DNA of 64,000 nucleotides from contig JAFVXH010000019.1 in NCBI GenBank assembly GCA_017501225.1, forward strand, positions 266,666 through 330,665, given 5' to 3'. This DNA is from Clostridia bacterium (GTDB taxonomy: Bacteria > Bacillota > Clostridia > Oscillospirales > CAG-272). The stretch's first letter is position 1, and each line of letters begins with the position of its first letter. The translations under genes were made by a program, and so were the position numbers. A model generated the notes under the pieces. That model saw only the letters and a list, made by a program, of their open reading frames with translations, made no database searches and had not been told where the DNA came from. Positions 47,014 to 57,507 of the stretch are shown piece by piece.

Positions 47014-47112
47014 AAAATGTTCTCCTTTGGGTAATGTTTCATGCAACTTAAGTATACACGAAAAATGCAGAAAAGTAAAGTGTTTTTTGTGAATTTGAAA
47101 AAAAGTTTGTTA

Positions 47113-47130
47113 ATCTATTGACAAATAGAT
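47113..47130 (+). promoter_or_regulatory. 7-bp inverted repeat across the -35 box of the Crp/Fnr gene promoter
   Basis: ATCTATT-GACA-AATAGAT (47113-47130) encloses TTGACA. Confidence 0.35.
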
Positions 47131-47146
47131 TTTGATGTGCTATAAT
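47118..47146 (+). promoter_or_regulatory. Consensus sigma-A promoter of the Crp/Fnr regulator-ABC transporter unit
   Basis: TTGACA (47118-47123), 17 nt, TATAAT (47141-47146). Confidence 0.65.
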
Positions 47147-47162
47147 TGTATCATATGATACA
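47147..47162 (+). promoter_or_regulatory. Perfect 16-bp palindrome (candidate Crp/Fnr-family operator) over the transcription start
   Basis: TGTATCATATGATACA directly abuts the -10 box. It has the 5-6-5 architecture TGTAT-N6-ATACA, like CRP sites (TGTGA-N6-TCACA). Confidence 0.5.
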
Positions 47163-47176
47163 GTTATGGAGGGCGT

Positions 47177-47845
47177 ATGAAAGTATCAAAGCAAGATCTG
47201 GACGCAATCTTATCTTGTCAGCTGTTGCGTGGAATCAAGGAGGAAACCGCCCTGCGGATCCTTTCTTTACAAGGCTGCAAGACTTGTTCCGTGCCTTCGG
47301 GAGAGATGATCATGTCCCCCGAGGACACCGATCATCGGGTTGGCTTTTTGCTTCGGGGAAAGGCAACGATTCTGACTCCCGGACAAAGCAAAAGCACCTT
47401 ACTGCGCTTTTTGAACAAGGGCGAGGCATTCGGCGTATCCCGTCTGTTCTCAGACACACCGTTCGTAAGCTTCGTTCGTGCCAAAAGCGAGTGCCGTGTG
47501 CTGTTGATATCCGAGGACGCGCTTCTTTCCCTGATGGAGAGCGACACGGCGTTTCTTCGCCGCTATCTTTCCTTTTTATCCGAGCGTATCCAATATCTCA
47601 ACCGCAAGATCACTTACCTTTGCGCGGGAAGTGCCGAGCGCAAATTGGCGCTCTATCTTCTTTCGTTCGGTGAGGACAACGTAAGCCTCCCCCTTTCCCT
47701 TTCCGCACTTTCCGAGCTTCTAGATATCGGGCGCGCATCCCTTTACCGCGCCTTCTCAAAGCTTGGAGAGGACGGTTATATCCAAAAGGACGGAAAGGTC
47801 ATCCGTTTGCTTCAAAGAGAAGCACTGAACCAAGCATATCAATAA
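47177..47845 (+). CDS. Crp/Fnr-family transcriptional regulator
   Basis: 222-aa ORF with an N-terminal cNMP-binding-like beta-roll (GEMIMSPEDTDHRVGFLLRGKA) and a C-terminal HTH (LSELLDIGRASLYRAFSKLGEDGYI). No Fnr-type N-terminal Cys cluster. Confidence 0.88.
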   Translation: MKVSKQDLDAILSCQLLRGIKEETALRILSLQGCKTCSVPSGEMIMSPEDTDHRVGFLLRGKATILTPGQSKSTLLRFLNKGEAFGVSRLFSDTPFVSFVRAKSECRVLLISEDALLSLMESDTAFLRRYLSFLSERIQYLNRKITYLCAGSAERKLALYLLSFGEDNVSLPLSLSALSELLDIGRASLYRAFSKLGEDGYIQKDGKVIRLLQREALNQAYQ

Positions 47846-47890
47846 TATTTGATAGATCAAAAAAACACACCAAGAAAGGATTTTATCATC

Positions 47891-48877
47891 ATGAAAAAGC
47901 TTCGCATTCTCACACTCGTACTCGCTGTTTTGCTCGTCCTTCCCATTCTTGCCGCCTGCGCGGGGGATGATACCGCCATCAACGTTTACAGCCTCAACGG
48001 CACGACCGGCTTCGGTATGGCAAAAATGATGGACGATGCCAAAGCACAGGAACATTCTCAATATACCTTCTTCGTCGAAAGTGACGTTTCCCTTGTCACC
48101 GCGGCACTGATCAACGGTGATGCCGACATCGCAGCCCTCCCCACCAATGCCGCCGCAAACCTGTATCAGAAAACGCAGGGCGGCATCAAGGTCCTGGCGA
48201 TCAATACGCTCGGTTGCCTCTACCTTCTGACAACTGACGGATCTACCGTTTCCTCCTTTGAGGATCTGCGCGGAAAAACCGTTTACGCACCCGCACAGAA
48301 CCCGACCTTTATTCTCAAATATCTTTGCCAGGCAAACGGTCTGACCGTCGGCAAGGATGTGATCATTGATTCCACCAGCTACGCACAGCCCGCAAACCTG
48401 CGCGATGCCGTTGCAAACGGCTCTGTAGCACTCGCAGTCCTTCCCGAGCCCATGGTGACGATGGCAACGGCATCCGCAAAGCAAAACAACGTCACCGTCA
48501 ACAACACCATGGACCTGACCGAGCAGTGGAACAAGGTAAGCCCCGAGGGCTCCCTGGTTCAGGGCTGCATCGTCGTTCGCACCGAGTTTTTGCAGCAGCA
48601 TCCGAATGCCGTCGCAAGATTCCTTGAGGAATACGAGGCATCCATCAACTATCTCTCCACCAACACGGCAGAAGCCGCTCAGATGATTGCGACACATAAG
48701 ATCTTTGCCAACGCAACGGTTGCAGAAAAAGCGATTCCCAAATGCAACGTTTGCTACGTGGACGGCGAGGATATGAAGGCGCGCATGCAGACCTACCTTG
48801 GCGTTCTGTTCCAGATCGCCCCTGCCTCTGTCGGCGGTGTTTTGCCGAGTGAGGATCTGTACTACGTCAAAAAATGA
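47891..48877 (+). CDS. ABC transporter substrate-binding lipoprotein (NMT1/THI5-like, NitT/TauT family)
   Basis: Start at ATG 47891 (MKKLRILTLVLAVLLVLPILAAC), giving a lipobox LAAC. SsuA/NMT1-like body. Confidence 0.8.
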   Translation: MKKLRILTLVLAVLLVLPILAACAGDDTAINVYSLNGTTGFGMAKMMDDAKAQEHSQYTFFVESDVSLVTAALINGDADIAALPTNAAANLYQKTQGGIKVLAINTLGCLYLLTTDGSTVSSFEDLRGKTVYAPAQNPTFILKYLCQANGLTVGKDVIIDSTSYAQPANLRDAVANGSVALAVLPEPMVTMATASAKQNNVTVNNTMDLTEQWNKVSPEGSLVQGCIVVRTEFLQQHPNAVARFLEEYEASINYLSTNTAEAAQMIATHKIFANATVAEKAIPKCNVCYVDGEDMKARMQTYLGVLFQIAPASVGGVLPSEDLYYVKK

Positions 48878-49659
48878 AATTTCTCAAAAAAGCACTTCGG
48901 ATCGGCCTTGTCTTAGGCTTTTGGATCGCCGTCTGGGCGATTGCCTCGTGGATCGTGGCAAAACCGCTCCTGCTCCCAAGCCCCTATCGGGTGCTTCTGG
49001 CTCTGCTTGAGGAGCTGAAGACTCCGCAGTTCTATTCCACAACCTTGCTTTCTCTGTGGAACGTCATGCTCGGAATCCTCATTGCCGTGCTCGGTGGCAC
49101 GCTGTTGGCGTGTATGACCTCCTACGTGCGCATTTTGCGGGAGCTTCTTCTCCCCGTCATGAGTGTCATCAAGGCAACTCCCGTGGCATCCTTTATCGTG
49201 CTGGCGCTGATCTGGATCGGCTCCTCCTACGTTCCTACACTGATCACCGTTCTGATCGTGCTTCCCGTCGTGTGGACCAATCTGGACGTTGGATTTCAAA
49301 GGATCGATCGCGGACTTTCCGAGCTTGCGCGCGTATATCGCATGCCACTTGGAAAAAGACTCCGTCTTTTGATCTTCCCCTCGCTCTCTCCCTATTTTTC
49401 CTCTGCGGTCCGCACCTCGACAGGACTTGCCTGGAAGGCGGGCATTGCCGCCGAGATCATCGCGATGCCGCGAGGCACGATCGGCACCATGATCGGAGAA
49501 GCCAAGCAGTACATCGAAACCCCGAAGATGTTCGCCTGGACGTTGACCGTCATTCTGCTGAGTATCCTGATTGAATGTCTGTTTTCCTTCGTCTTCAACC
49601 GTCTGAGCAGACAAAGCAAGTATACCGTAAAGGAGGAATCTGCCCATGCTGACGCTTGA
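48874..49659 (+). CDS. ABC transporter permease (NitT/TauT family)
   Basis: 261-aa ORF with about 6 TM segments. ATGA overlap with the binding-protein gene. EAA-like loop region AAEIIAMPRGTIG. Confidence 0.85.
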   Translation: MKFLKKALRIGLVLGFWIAVWAIASWIVAKPLLLPSPYRVLLALLEELKTPQFYSTTLLSLWNVMLGILIAVLGGTLLACMTSYVRILRELLLPVMSVIKATPVASFIVLALIWIGSSYVPTLITVLIVLPVVWTNLDVGFQRIDRGLSELARVYRMPLGKRLRLLIFPSLSPYFSSAVRTSTGLAWKAGIAAEIIAMPRGTIGTMIGEAKQYIETPKMFAWTLTVILLSILIECLFSFVFNRLSRQSKYTVKEESAHADA

Positions 49660-50242
49660 TCACGTTTCCTTTGCTTACGGAAACAAGCAGGTGCTAAAGG
49701 ATCTTTCGTTCGAAATCAAGCAGGGAGAACGCGTAGCACTCATGGGAGAATCCGGATGCGGAAAGACCACCGTACTCAATCTGGTCGCGGGGCTCCTAAA
49801 GCCGGATGACGGTGTCATGACCTGCAAAGCGACACAAATCTCTTACGTCTTCCAGGAGCCTCGCCTCTTTCCTTGGCTCACGGTCAAGGAAAACGTTCTG
49901 GCTGTGCTTTCCGATCAAAAGGAAGAAAAAGACGCAAACGAGAAAAAAGTCACAGAAGCACTTGTGGCGGTAGGCCTTGCAGATGCTGCGGACCTCTTTC
50001 CCGCGGAGCTTTCCGGCGGCATGAAAACACGCGCTTCACTTGCCAGAGCGCTTGCGCACGGAGGAGATCTGTTCTTGCTTGACGAGCCCTTCTCAGCGCT
50101 GGACAATCAGACACGGGCGGAGTTAAGTGCATATCTTTTGGACTACTTCGAGAAAAATCAGACCACAGTCCTGCTCGTTACCCACCAAAAAGAGGATGCG
50201 ACCACGCTTGCGAGCAAAACCGTTGAGCTTCCCTCTTTATAA
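49646..50242 (+). CDS. ABC transporter ATP-binding protein (minimal NBD, 198 aa)
   Basis: Walker A GESGCGKTT, Q-loop FQEPRLFP, signature LSGGMKTR, Walker B LFLLDEP and H-loop VTHQ. Confidence 0.9.
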   Translation: MLTLDHVSFAYGNKQVLKDLSFEIKQGERVALMGESGCGKTTVLNLVAGLLKPDDGVMTCKATQISYVFQEPRLFPWLTVKENVLAVLSDQKEEKDANEKKVTEALVAVGLADAADLFPAELSGGMKTRASLARALAHGGDLFLLDEPFSALDNQTRAELSAYLLDYFEKNQTTVLLVTHQKEDATTLASKTVELPSL

Positions 50243-50263
50243 ATCCGAGCACGGGCGCAAAAT

Positions 50264-50312
50264 AAAAAGGGCCTTGAGATCCAAGCGGATCTCAAGGTCC
50301 TTTTTTTATTTT
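50264..50312. terminator. Bidirectional intrinsic terminator between the ABC ATPase gene and proC
   Basis: AAAAAGGGCCTTGAGATCC (50264-50282) pairs with GGATCTCAAGGTCCTTTTT (50287-50305), followed by a T-run. Confidence 0.8.
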
Positions 50313-51109
50313 TTGAGCTGTAACGTCTTTTGATAAGCGGCGATCACAGCCTCAGCAGTGCTTGCGCGGAAGGCGCCGCATTCTAAGGCGTGTACGCCTT
50401 CAATGGTCGTTCCCCCGGGACTGCAGACCGCATCCTTCAGCTCGCCCGGATGCTTTCCGCTCTCCAAAAGAAGGGCGGCAGATCCCAGAAGCGTCTGTGC
50501 TGCATACAGATTTGCCTTCTCTCTTGGCAGTCCGCACGCAACGGCACCGTCGGCAAGCGCCTCGGCAAAGAGGAATACAAAAGCAGGACCGCATCCCGAC
50601 AAAGCGCTCGCGGCGTCAATGCTGACCTCACTCAGGCGATCGAGAACGCCTGCCGCGGAAAGCAACGCGCAAAATTCCTCCTCCATAGAGGGGGTAACTT
50701 CACCGTTGACGTCATACAGGATCATTCCCTTCCCAACCGAAACGGGAGTGTTGGGCATGATACGGATCACAGGACATGGTGCTGCCGCGATGCGTTCAAT
50801 ATGTTCAATGGTAATGCCGGCAGCCATACTGACAAGGAGCGCGTCTGTCTTGCGCTCAAACAGATAGGGGCGAAGCTCCAAAAAGAGCGCGTCCAAGCCC
50901 TGGGGCTTCACACCGATGAAGATGCAATCCGATTCCAAGGCAAGGTCCTTAAGACCCACAACCGTTCCGCCGATCCTTGCGGCAAGCTGTTCTGCCTTTT
51001 GCGTATTTGCGTCACAAAGCAGGATCGATGCGTCAGTTTTTGCCTTGGAAACGGCAAGCGCCAATGCACCGCCCATATTTCCGCAACCGATAAATCCGAT
51101 CTTTTTCAT
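50306..51109 (-). CDS. proC: Pyrroline-5-carboxylate reductase
   Basis: Start at ATG 51109 (MKKIGFIGCGNMGGAL) after GTGAGGT. C-terminal motif SPGGTTIEG. Confidence 0.93.
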   Translation of the reverse strand: MKKIGFIGCGNMGGALALAVSKAKTDASILLCDANTQKAEQLAARIGGTVVGLKDLALESDCIFIGVKPQGLDALFLELRPYLFERKTDALLVSMAAGITIEHIERIAAAPCPVIRIMPNTPVSVGKGMILYDVNGEVTPSMEEEFCALLSAAGVLDRLSEVSIDAASALSGCGPAFVFLFAEALADGAVACGLPREKANLYAAQTLLGSAALLLESGKHPGELKDAVCSPGGTTIEGVHALECGAFRASTAEAVIAAYQKTLQLKK

Positions 51110-51117
51110 ATAGAACC

Positions 51118-52377
51118 TCACTTTCTGATCTGACCGCTTCCCAGGACGATATACTTGTAAGCGGTTAATTCCTCAAGCCCCATGGGACCTCTTGCGTGTA
51201 ATTTCTGTGTGGAAATTCCGATCTCGCATCCAAGGCCGAATTCTCCGCCATCGGTAAAGCGCGTGGATGCGTTGACGTAAACCGCCGCGCTGTCTACTGC
51301 CGCGCAGAAATATGCGCTCGCCGCGGTGTCCTCGGTGATGATCGCCTCGGAGTGATGCGTCGAATGCTGCGCGATATGCGCCACGGCATCTCCGACGTCC
51401 GCTACCACCTTGATCGCGAGAATATAATCGAGAAATTCGGTGTCAAAATCCGTGTCGGAAGCATCGTTGCCGTCAATGATGCTTGCTGCCTCGGGATCGA
51501 GGCGAAGCTCAACGGGAGTCGTTCCGTTTTGCACGCGCGCATCCTGCAGACACTCTCGCAGACGGGGCAAAAATTCCCTTGCGATCTCTCTGTGAACCAA
51601 GCAGACCTCTGCGGCGTTGCAGACCGACGGACGGCTGGTTTTGGCATTTTCAATGATACGCAGAGCTTTTTCCTGATCGGCGGCACGGTCTACGTAAATA
51701 TGACAAATTCCCGTGCCCGTCTGGATGCAAGGCACCGTCGCGTTTTCCACGCAGGAGCGGATCAGTCCCGCGCCCCCTCTCGGGATCAGCACGTCTACGA
51801 GCCCTACCGCGGTCATCAGCTCCTTGGCACCCTCTCTTGTAACGTCGTCCAGCATATTGACAAAGTTTGCGTCAAATCCAGCCCCGACAAGCCCTTCCTT
51901 TAAGGCTCTGACGATCTCATGCGAGGTCGTATACGCCTCCTTGCCTCCACGCAAGACGCAGACGTTTCCGCTTTTGAGGGAAAGCGCCGCTGCATCGGAG
52001 GTGACGTTCGGACGGCTTTCGTAAATAATCCCCACAACACCCAACGGGACCCGAACCTTTTTGATGATGAGGCCATCGGCTCTTTCTGTGCTCGAAAGGA
52101 CCTCACCGATAGGATCCGGAAGTGCGACTACCTCGCGTATTCCCTGCGCCATAGCCGAAATGCGCGCGTGCGTCAGGCGCAGGCGGTCGATCATCACGGG
52201 CGTGATTTTCCCCTCCGCCGCCTCGATATCCTTGCAGTTTGCGGCTAAAATCGCGTCACTTTCGCGCTCCAGCGCGTCTGCCATAGCAAGTAACGCCGCA
52301 TTTTTTTGTTCGGTCGTCAGCAATGCAAGCTTTAGGGATGCCGCCTTCGCGGCAAGTAAAATTTCTCTTGTCGTCAT
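51118..52377 (-). CDS. proA: Glutamate-5-semialdehyde dehydrogenase
   Basis: 419-aa ORF of the aldehyde dehydrogenase fold, with YESRPNVT, catalytic Cys context CNAAEV and HSTHHSEAI. Overlaps proB by 4 nt. Confidence 0.94.
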   Translation of the reverse strand: MTTREILLAAKAASLKLALLTTEQKNAALLAMADALERESDAILAANCKDIEAAEGKITPVMIDRLRLTHARISAMAQGIREVVALPDPIGEVLSSTERADGLIIKKVRVPLGVVGIIYESRPNVTSDAAALSLKSGNVCVLRGGKEAYTTSHEIVRALKEGLVGAGFDANFVNMLDDVTREGAKELMTAVGLVDVLIPRGGAGLIRSCVENATVPCIQTGTGICHIYVDRAADQEKALRIIENAKTSRPSVCNAAEVCLVHREIAREFLPRLRECLQDARVQNGTTPVELRLDPEAASIIDGNDASDTDFDTEFLDYILAIKVVADVGDAVAHIAQHSTHHSEAIITEDTAASAYFCAAVDSAAVYVNASTRFTDGGEFGLGCEIGISTQKLHARGPMGLEELTAYKYIVLGSGQIRK

Positions 52378-53165
52378 GCGTTCTCTCCTTCTTTCTCGGA
52401 GCTTTTCGCCAAAAAGCGTGTCCCAACGGCTTTTCCGTCAAACAGATCATAGAGCAAGGAAGGGAGAGCGCCGTTGAGAATGACCATTTCGCAGCCTGCT
52501 TCGGTACAGATCTGTGCCGCATGAAGCTTGGTCCTCATGCCGCCCGTTCCAAGAGCACTTCCCTCATCTCCGCCCAGCGCCATAATGTCGGGCGTCAGGG
52601 ACGGAACCTCGGAAATCAGTGTCGCATCTTGATCCTTATGAGGATCCGCGGTGTAAAGACCGTCAATGTCCGAAAGTAGGATCAATCTCTTAGCGCCAAC
52701 GCTCGTGGCAACCATAGCCGAAAGCGTATCGTTATCCCCCACCTTGATCTCCTCGGTGGCAATGGTGTCATTTTCGTTGATGATGGGAAGCACGCCAAGC
52801 TCCAGAAGACGCTCCAGCGTATTTTGGAAGTTGTGATAGCGGTCCTCATGGCGAAAATCCGAGCCTGTCAGAAGCAGCTGTGCGACGGTATGATTGTATT
52901 CCTGAAAAACACGGTCGTAGGTATACATCAATTCGCATTGACCGACAGCAGCCGCCGCCTGCTTGGTCGGAATATCACGGGGACGCTCCTTAAGGGCAAG
53001 CTTTCCCACGCCCATGCCGATCGCACCGGAGGAAACCAGGATCACCTCGTGACCGAAGTTCTTCAAATCGCTTAAAATGCGGCAAAGCTCCTCAACGCGT
53101 CGGATATTTAACCGTCCTGTGGCATGCGCCAGAGTTGAGGTGCCTACCTTTACTACAATTCTCAT
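52374..53165 (-). CDS. proB: Glutamate 5-kinase (short form, no PUA domain)
   Basis: Start at ATG 53165 ([12 protein letters not shown]). Motifs [14 protein letters not shown] and GTGGMRTKL. Confidence 0.93.
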   Translation of the reverse strand: MRIVVKVGTSTLAHATGRLNIRRVEELCRILSDLKNFGHEVILVSSGAIGMGVGKLALKERPRDIPTKQAAAAVGQCELMYTYDRVFQEYNHTVAQLLLTGSDFRHEDRYHNFQNTLERLLELGVLPIINENDTIATEEIKVGDNDTLSAMVATSVGAKRLILLSDIDGLYTADPHKDQDATLISEVPSLTPDIMALGGDEGSALGTGGMRTKLHAAQICTEAGCEMVILNGALPSLLYDLFDGKAVGTRFLAKSSEKEGENA

Positions 53166-53310
53166 ACGAGTTCTCTCTTTCCGAAGGCAATACTTTAACA
53201 CTTTACTACATTATAAACAAGAAAGGTGCCCTCGTCAAGAGCCTTATAGAAAAAAGCCTTGTTTTTTCTGTAAAAAAGTGCTTTTATTCCATCTATTTTG
53301 CAGCGGATGC

Positions 53311-53339
53311 TTGCAAAAGCGGCAACAATATGGTATACT
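53311..53339 (+). promoter_or_regulatory. Sigma-A type promoter of the ABC-F gene
   Basis: TTGCAA (53311-53316), 17 nt, then TGgTATACT with -10 at 53334-53339. Confidence 0.55.
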
Positions 53340-53370
53340 CATAAAAGTGTTGAAAAAACGAGGTGTCATT

Positions 53371-54974
53371 ATGATCACAATTTCGAATCTGAGCTTCCAT
53401 TTTGGCGGACAGCTCCTGTTTAAGGACGTAGATCTGAAATTCTCCCCCGGAAACTGCTACGGCATCATCGGAGCAAACGGTGCGGGAAAATCAACCTTCC
53501 TGCGTCTGCTTTGCCGCGAGCTTGAGCCCTCCACGGGCGAAATCTCCATTCCCGATACGCTTCGCATGTCGGTCCTTCGTCAGGATCACTTCGCGTTTGA
53601 CGAATTCACGGTTCTTGACACCGTCATGATGGGCAACAAAAGGCTTTACGATATCATGAAGGAAAAGGACGCCATCTACGAGAAAGAGGAAATGAGCGAG
53701 GAGGACGGACTCCGCGCATCGGTCCTTGAGGCGGACTTTGCCGAGCTTGGCGGCTGGGAGGCGGAATCCGACGTTTCCAAGCTCCTCCAAGGTCTTGGTA
53801 TGCAGGATGAGCAGCTCTATTGGCTCATGTCCTCCCTTCCCGAGCGCGAGAAGGTCAAGGTCATGCTTGCGCAGGCGCTGTACGGCAATCCCGACATCAT
53901 CATGCTGGACGAGCCGACCAACGGCTTGGATATCGACGCCATTATGTGGCTGGAGGACTTCCTTTCGGACTACTTTGGCACGGTTTTGGTGGTTTCTCAC
54001 GACCGCCACTTCCTCAACGACGTTTGCACCAACATCGTGGACATCGATTACACCGGCATCAAAATGTACGTCGGTAACTACGAATTCTGGTACGAATCCA
54101 GCCAGCTGATCCAGCGCATGATCAAGCAGCAAAACAAGAAGGCGGAGGAAAAGATCCGCGAGCTGCAAGCATTTATCTCTCGCTTTTCCGCAAACAAATC
54201 CAAATCCAGGCAGGCGACCTCCCGCCGAAAGCTGTTGGACAAGCTGACGGTCGAGGAGCTGCCCGCATCCAGCCGCCGTTATCCTTTTATCGGCTTTGAT
54301 ATGGACAGAACCGCAGGTAAGGACATTCTGTTCGTTCGCGATCTTTCCAAGAGCATTGACGGTGTCACACTGTTCAAAAATCTCTCCTTTACCGTGAATA
54401 AGGAGGACAAGATCGCCCTGATCGGCAATGAGCTTGCCATCACCTCCCTGTTCAAGATCCTGATGGAGGAGGATACCCCGGACAGCGGTGATTTCAAATG
54501 GGGCATCAGCATCACAAAATCCTATTTTCCGCACGACAATACAGCGTTCTTCAAGGACTGTGACCTTTCCATTATCGATTGGCTCGCGCAATACGCAAAG
54601 GAAACGACCGAAACCTATCTGCGCGGATTTCTTGGAAGAATGCTTTTCTCCAACGACAGTGTGTTCAAGCCGGTCAAGGTTCTCTCGGGCGGCGAAAGGT
54701 GCGCTGTATGTTCGCCCGCATGATGCTTTACGGATCCAACTTCCTGCTCCTGGATCAACCGACCGATCATCTGGATCTGGAATCCATCAGTGCCGTCAAC
54801 AACGGCCTTTCCGCCTTCAAGGGGAATCTGATTTTCTACTCCCACGACTATGAGCTTGTCAATACCGTGGCAAACCGTATCATCGAGATCACGCCTGACG
54901 GAATCGTCGATTATTCCGGCACCTACGAGGACTATCTTGCGTACAAGAAAGCGCGCGAGGAAGCGCAGGGATAA
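53371..54974 (+). pseudogene. ABC-F family ATPase (YkpA/YbiT-like) interrupted by a 1-nt frameshift (pseudogene or sequencing error)
   Basis: ATG 53371 (MITISNLSFHFGG...). NBD1 is intact (GANGAGKST, LLDEPTNGLD). The frame breaks in the NBD2 signature: ...VLSGGE then RCAVCSPA*. The +1 frame from 54696 continues KVRCMFARMMLYGSNFLLLDQPTDHLD...ITPDG... to 54974. GGCGAAAGGTG has three A where four would restore LSGGEKVRC. Confidence 0.85.
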
Positions 54975-54977
54975 TAT

Positions 54978-55020
54978 CAAAAAAGCAGAAGAAGCTAAGC
55001 TTCTTCTGCTTTTGTTTTAT
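54978..55020. terminator. Bidirectional intrinsic terminator between the ABC-F gene and the glycan locus
   Basis: AGCAGAAGAAGC (54984-54995) pairs with GCTTCTTCTGCT (54999-55010), followed by TTTGTTTTATTT. An A-run precedes the stem. Confidence 0.8.
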
Positions 55021-56435
55021 TTGATTTCGCTGAGCGGCTTGATCCAGGTAAGGCAGGGCTCCATTTCGGTCTGCTCCTCGGTCTTTTCCATAAACAGCAG
55101 CATCATCGAATAGAAAATGGTGGGATAAGTGTTAAAGAACAGAACGTCCAAAAAGCTCGTCAGCAAAAGGGAGAGAATGGAAATTCCCAAGAAAAGCTTG
55201 ACGGTGTTGCAGTGGTAGAGAGCCAGGCGCAGCGTCAGGGATCGGTGATACAGATAAGAACCGATTCCCAGCAGACCGCAGGCGCCGAGAAGCTGGATCA
55301 GGGTGTTGTGGTACAGATAGGGGTAAACGTCCTTGGGCCAGGATTCGTTGACCAAGGTATAAAATCCCGCACCGAAGACAACGTTGCTCTTGAAATGCTC
55401 GATTCCCGTGCGCCACAGATCAAATCTTCCGTTGTCAGAAAAGCCGTACGTGATAAAATTATCCAACAGCGAGGAGATCTTGCCCCACAGAAGCACACAT
55501 CCCAAAACACCGATCACAAGCCCGACCAGCGTAAAAATGCGGTTTTGCTTGCGGTTTTTTCCATAGAACCAAAGGCTCGCAAGACAAATCAGCAAAATCA
55601 CACTGCCGACAAGGAGTGCGCCTCTTGCCTGAGAAAGCAGAATACAGGCATACATCACGCCGCCCAGAAGGAACCCGATCCATCCGTACGTATGCGATGC
55701 GGCAAAATAGAAGCAGGACGGCATCAGAAACGCCAGCATGCCGCCAACGGCAGTCCATACGCCCCATCCGAGCACAACGCTTTCCTTGATGATTCCGCCC
55801 GCCTCATCGAAGCGGATCGTCGTAAAGTACGCAAAGATCAGCTCTGCTGAGATCAGCATTCCGGCAATCATCAGGCAGTACATAAAGTAATCGAAAACAG
55901 CCTTGTTCTCGAAGCGTACGTATGCGGAAAAGAGCCAATACACCAGAAGGAGCGAGAACGCAAAGCTCAGAGAATAAATCAGATTCTTGATCGTGTATCC
56001 CGCGCCGAACAGTCCGTTTGCGGCAATCGATATGCAAAAGATCAGCATGCTCCAGAAGATCGCCTTCTTTTTGATCGGCTTCGCTCTGTGGCGATGCTTG
56101 ACAGTAAAATAAACGAAGGATTCGATCAGAAGAACCGCTGTGATGATCAGCGTAATCAAAACGGGAGTTTCAATATAGTATTTGCTGTAATCCGGAACGT
56201 TCGGGGAATGCGCAACCGAAACCGCAAAGATCGTACAAAGAAAAGGAGAGATCGCAAAGCGCAGATCATCACACAAAAAGCATCCCAGCATCATGGTTGC
56301 GAGCATGAAAACACCGAAATAGAGCTCCAGATTCGTACAATACCCTACAAAAACGAGCAAGGCAACCAGTACCGGATACCACACTCCATTGTAAAAATGG
56401 CGGATCCGTTCCAAAAAATCAGTTTGTTTCATCAT
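55017..56435 (-). CDS. O-antigen ligase/polymerase-like (Wzy_C-type) polytopic membrane protein
   Basis: 472-aa ORF with more than 10 TM segments. The loop LLSQARGALLVGSVILL resembles the O-antigen ligase domain signature. Overlaps the upstream GT4 gene by 17 nt. Confidence 0.6.
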   Translation of the reverse strand: MMKQTDFLERIRHFYNGVWYPVLVALLVFVGYCTNLELYFGVFMLATMMLGCFLCDDLRFAISPFLCTIFAVSVAHSPNVPDYSKYYIETPVLITLIITAVLLIESFVYFTVKHRHRAKPIKKKAIFWSMLIFCISIAANGLFGAGYTIKNLIYSLSFAFSLLLVYWLFSAYVRFENKAVFDYFMYCLMIAGMLISAELIFAYFTTIRFDEAGGIIKESVVLGWGVWTAVGGMLAFLMPSCFYFAASHTYGWIGFLLGGVMYACILLSQARGALLVGSVILLICLASLWFYGKNRKQNRIFTLVGLVIGVLGCVLLWGKISSLLDNFITYGFSDNGRFDLWRTGIEHFKSNVVFGAGFYTLVNESWPKDVYPYLYHNTLIQLLGACGLLGIGSYLYHRSLTLRLALYHCNTVKLFLGISILSLLLTSFLDVLFFNTYPTIFYSMMLLFMEKTEEQTEMEPCLTWIKPLSEIK

Positions 56436-57507
56436 TCATCCTCGAAAGCAAGGTAAGATTGGTTTGGAAAACGGTATCAAGGCGGTAAGAATCCAAGCGG
56501 CGGTAATTGCATACCTGAATCCCTACGGTCTTGCTCTCATAAACGCGGCGCACCGCACTGCAGAACGCCGTCATATCGCCAAGGGGAAAGAGCTGCTCCT
56601 CGTCCAACAGATCCACCTGTCCCTTCACACGCGAGGCAAGGATCGGAAGCCCACAGTGCATCGCCTCAAGGATGTTAAAGGGCAAGCCCTCGGAGATGCT
56701 GGAGCAGACGTACAGATCGGCAATCCCAAGATGCGAAAGAACCCCCTCTACGTTCCCGGGCAGAAAGACGTGCTCCTCCAAGGAAAGCTCGGAAACAAGC
56801 TCCTCCAGCTCCTCCCGCATGCTTCCCTCTCCTAAGAGCAACAGCTTTACGGGAATTCCGGAATCGCGAAGCTGACGTGTTGCTCTGATCAAAAAGCTCT
56901 GATTCTTACGTTTGCTGAGTTCTCCTACGAAAATGCAAAGAAAATCATCCGTGCCTGCCGCAAAAAGCGCACGCAGCTCCGCATCCTTTTTCGGCTCTGG
57001 CAATGCGTTGGAAAGTCCCATGCCGTAAATAAAGGATACCTCGCCCCGACAAAGCTTATGCTTTTTGGCAATATACAGATCCTCCTCGTTCATCACGAGG
57101 ATCTCGTCGGTTCTGCGGGCAAAGAGCTTCTCGCAAAACAGAAGGATCCGCGCGCGCAGTCCCTTATCGTTCTGACTGAACAGATACCCGTGTACGACGT
57201 TTTTGATATAAGGACGGTGCTTCAGTCCCACGGTTGCCGCGCGCACCAAGAACGCCGCGAGCGTGGTGTGCACCACGATCAGATCAAACCTCTCCTGCTT
57301 GAGAATTTTTCGGATCGTTTTGACGGTTTTCAGGTTCGAAAGACTGAAAAAGCTCTTTTGGAACGGAACGTTGAAGTCCATTCCCTCTCCGTCTGCCAGA
57401 AGCCTTACGTCATTTTCCCGACGCAGCGCCTCGATATACGGCATATGGAAGCGGCGCAGATGCGACGCCGTGGATGCCGCGTATAAGATCTTTTTATTCC
57501 TCGTCAT
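56419..57507 (-). CDS. Glycosyltransferase family 4 (GT-B, GT1 domain)
   Basis: 362-aa ORF with the C-terminal GT1 signature [28 protein letters not shown]. Overlaps the upstream priming-transferase gene by 14 nt. Confidence 0.88.
   Translation of the reverse strand: MTRNKKILYAASTASHLRRFHMPYIEALRRENDVRLLADGEGMDFNVPFQKSFFSLSNLKTVKTIRKILKQERFDLIVVHTTLAAFLVRAATVGLKHRPYIKNVVHGYLFSQNDKGLRARILLFCEKLFARRTDEILVMNEEDLYIAKKHKLCRGEVSFIYGMGLSNALPEPKKDAELRALFAAGTDDFLCIFVGELSKRKNQSFLIRATRQLRDSGIPVKLLLLGEGSMREELEELVSELSLEEHVFLPGNVEGVLSHLGIADLYVCSSISEGLPFNILEAMHCGLPILASRVKGQVDLLDEEQLFPLGDMTAFCSAVRRVYESKTVGIQVCNYRRLDSYRLDTVFQTNLTLLSRMNDETN

Noticed and set aside
54424-54447. Degenerate Walker A in NBD2 of the ABC-F protein (G-N-E-L-A-I-T-S, with no GK[ST]), considered as extra evidence that the gene is decaying.
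   Set aside because: As far as I recall, Bacillus YkpA-type ABC-F proteins carry the same NELA(V/I)T(T/S) replacement at this position. It is probably a subfamily trait rather than decay. An alignment is needed to confirm this.
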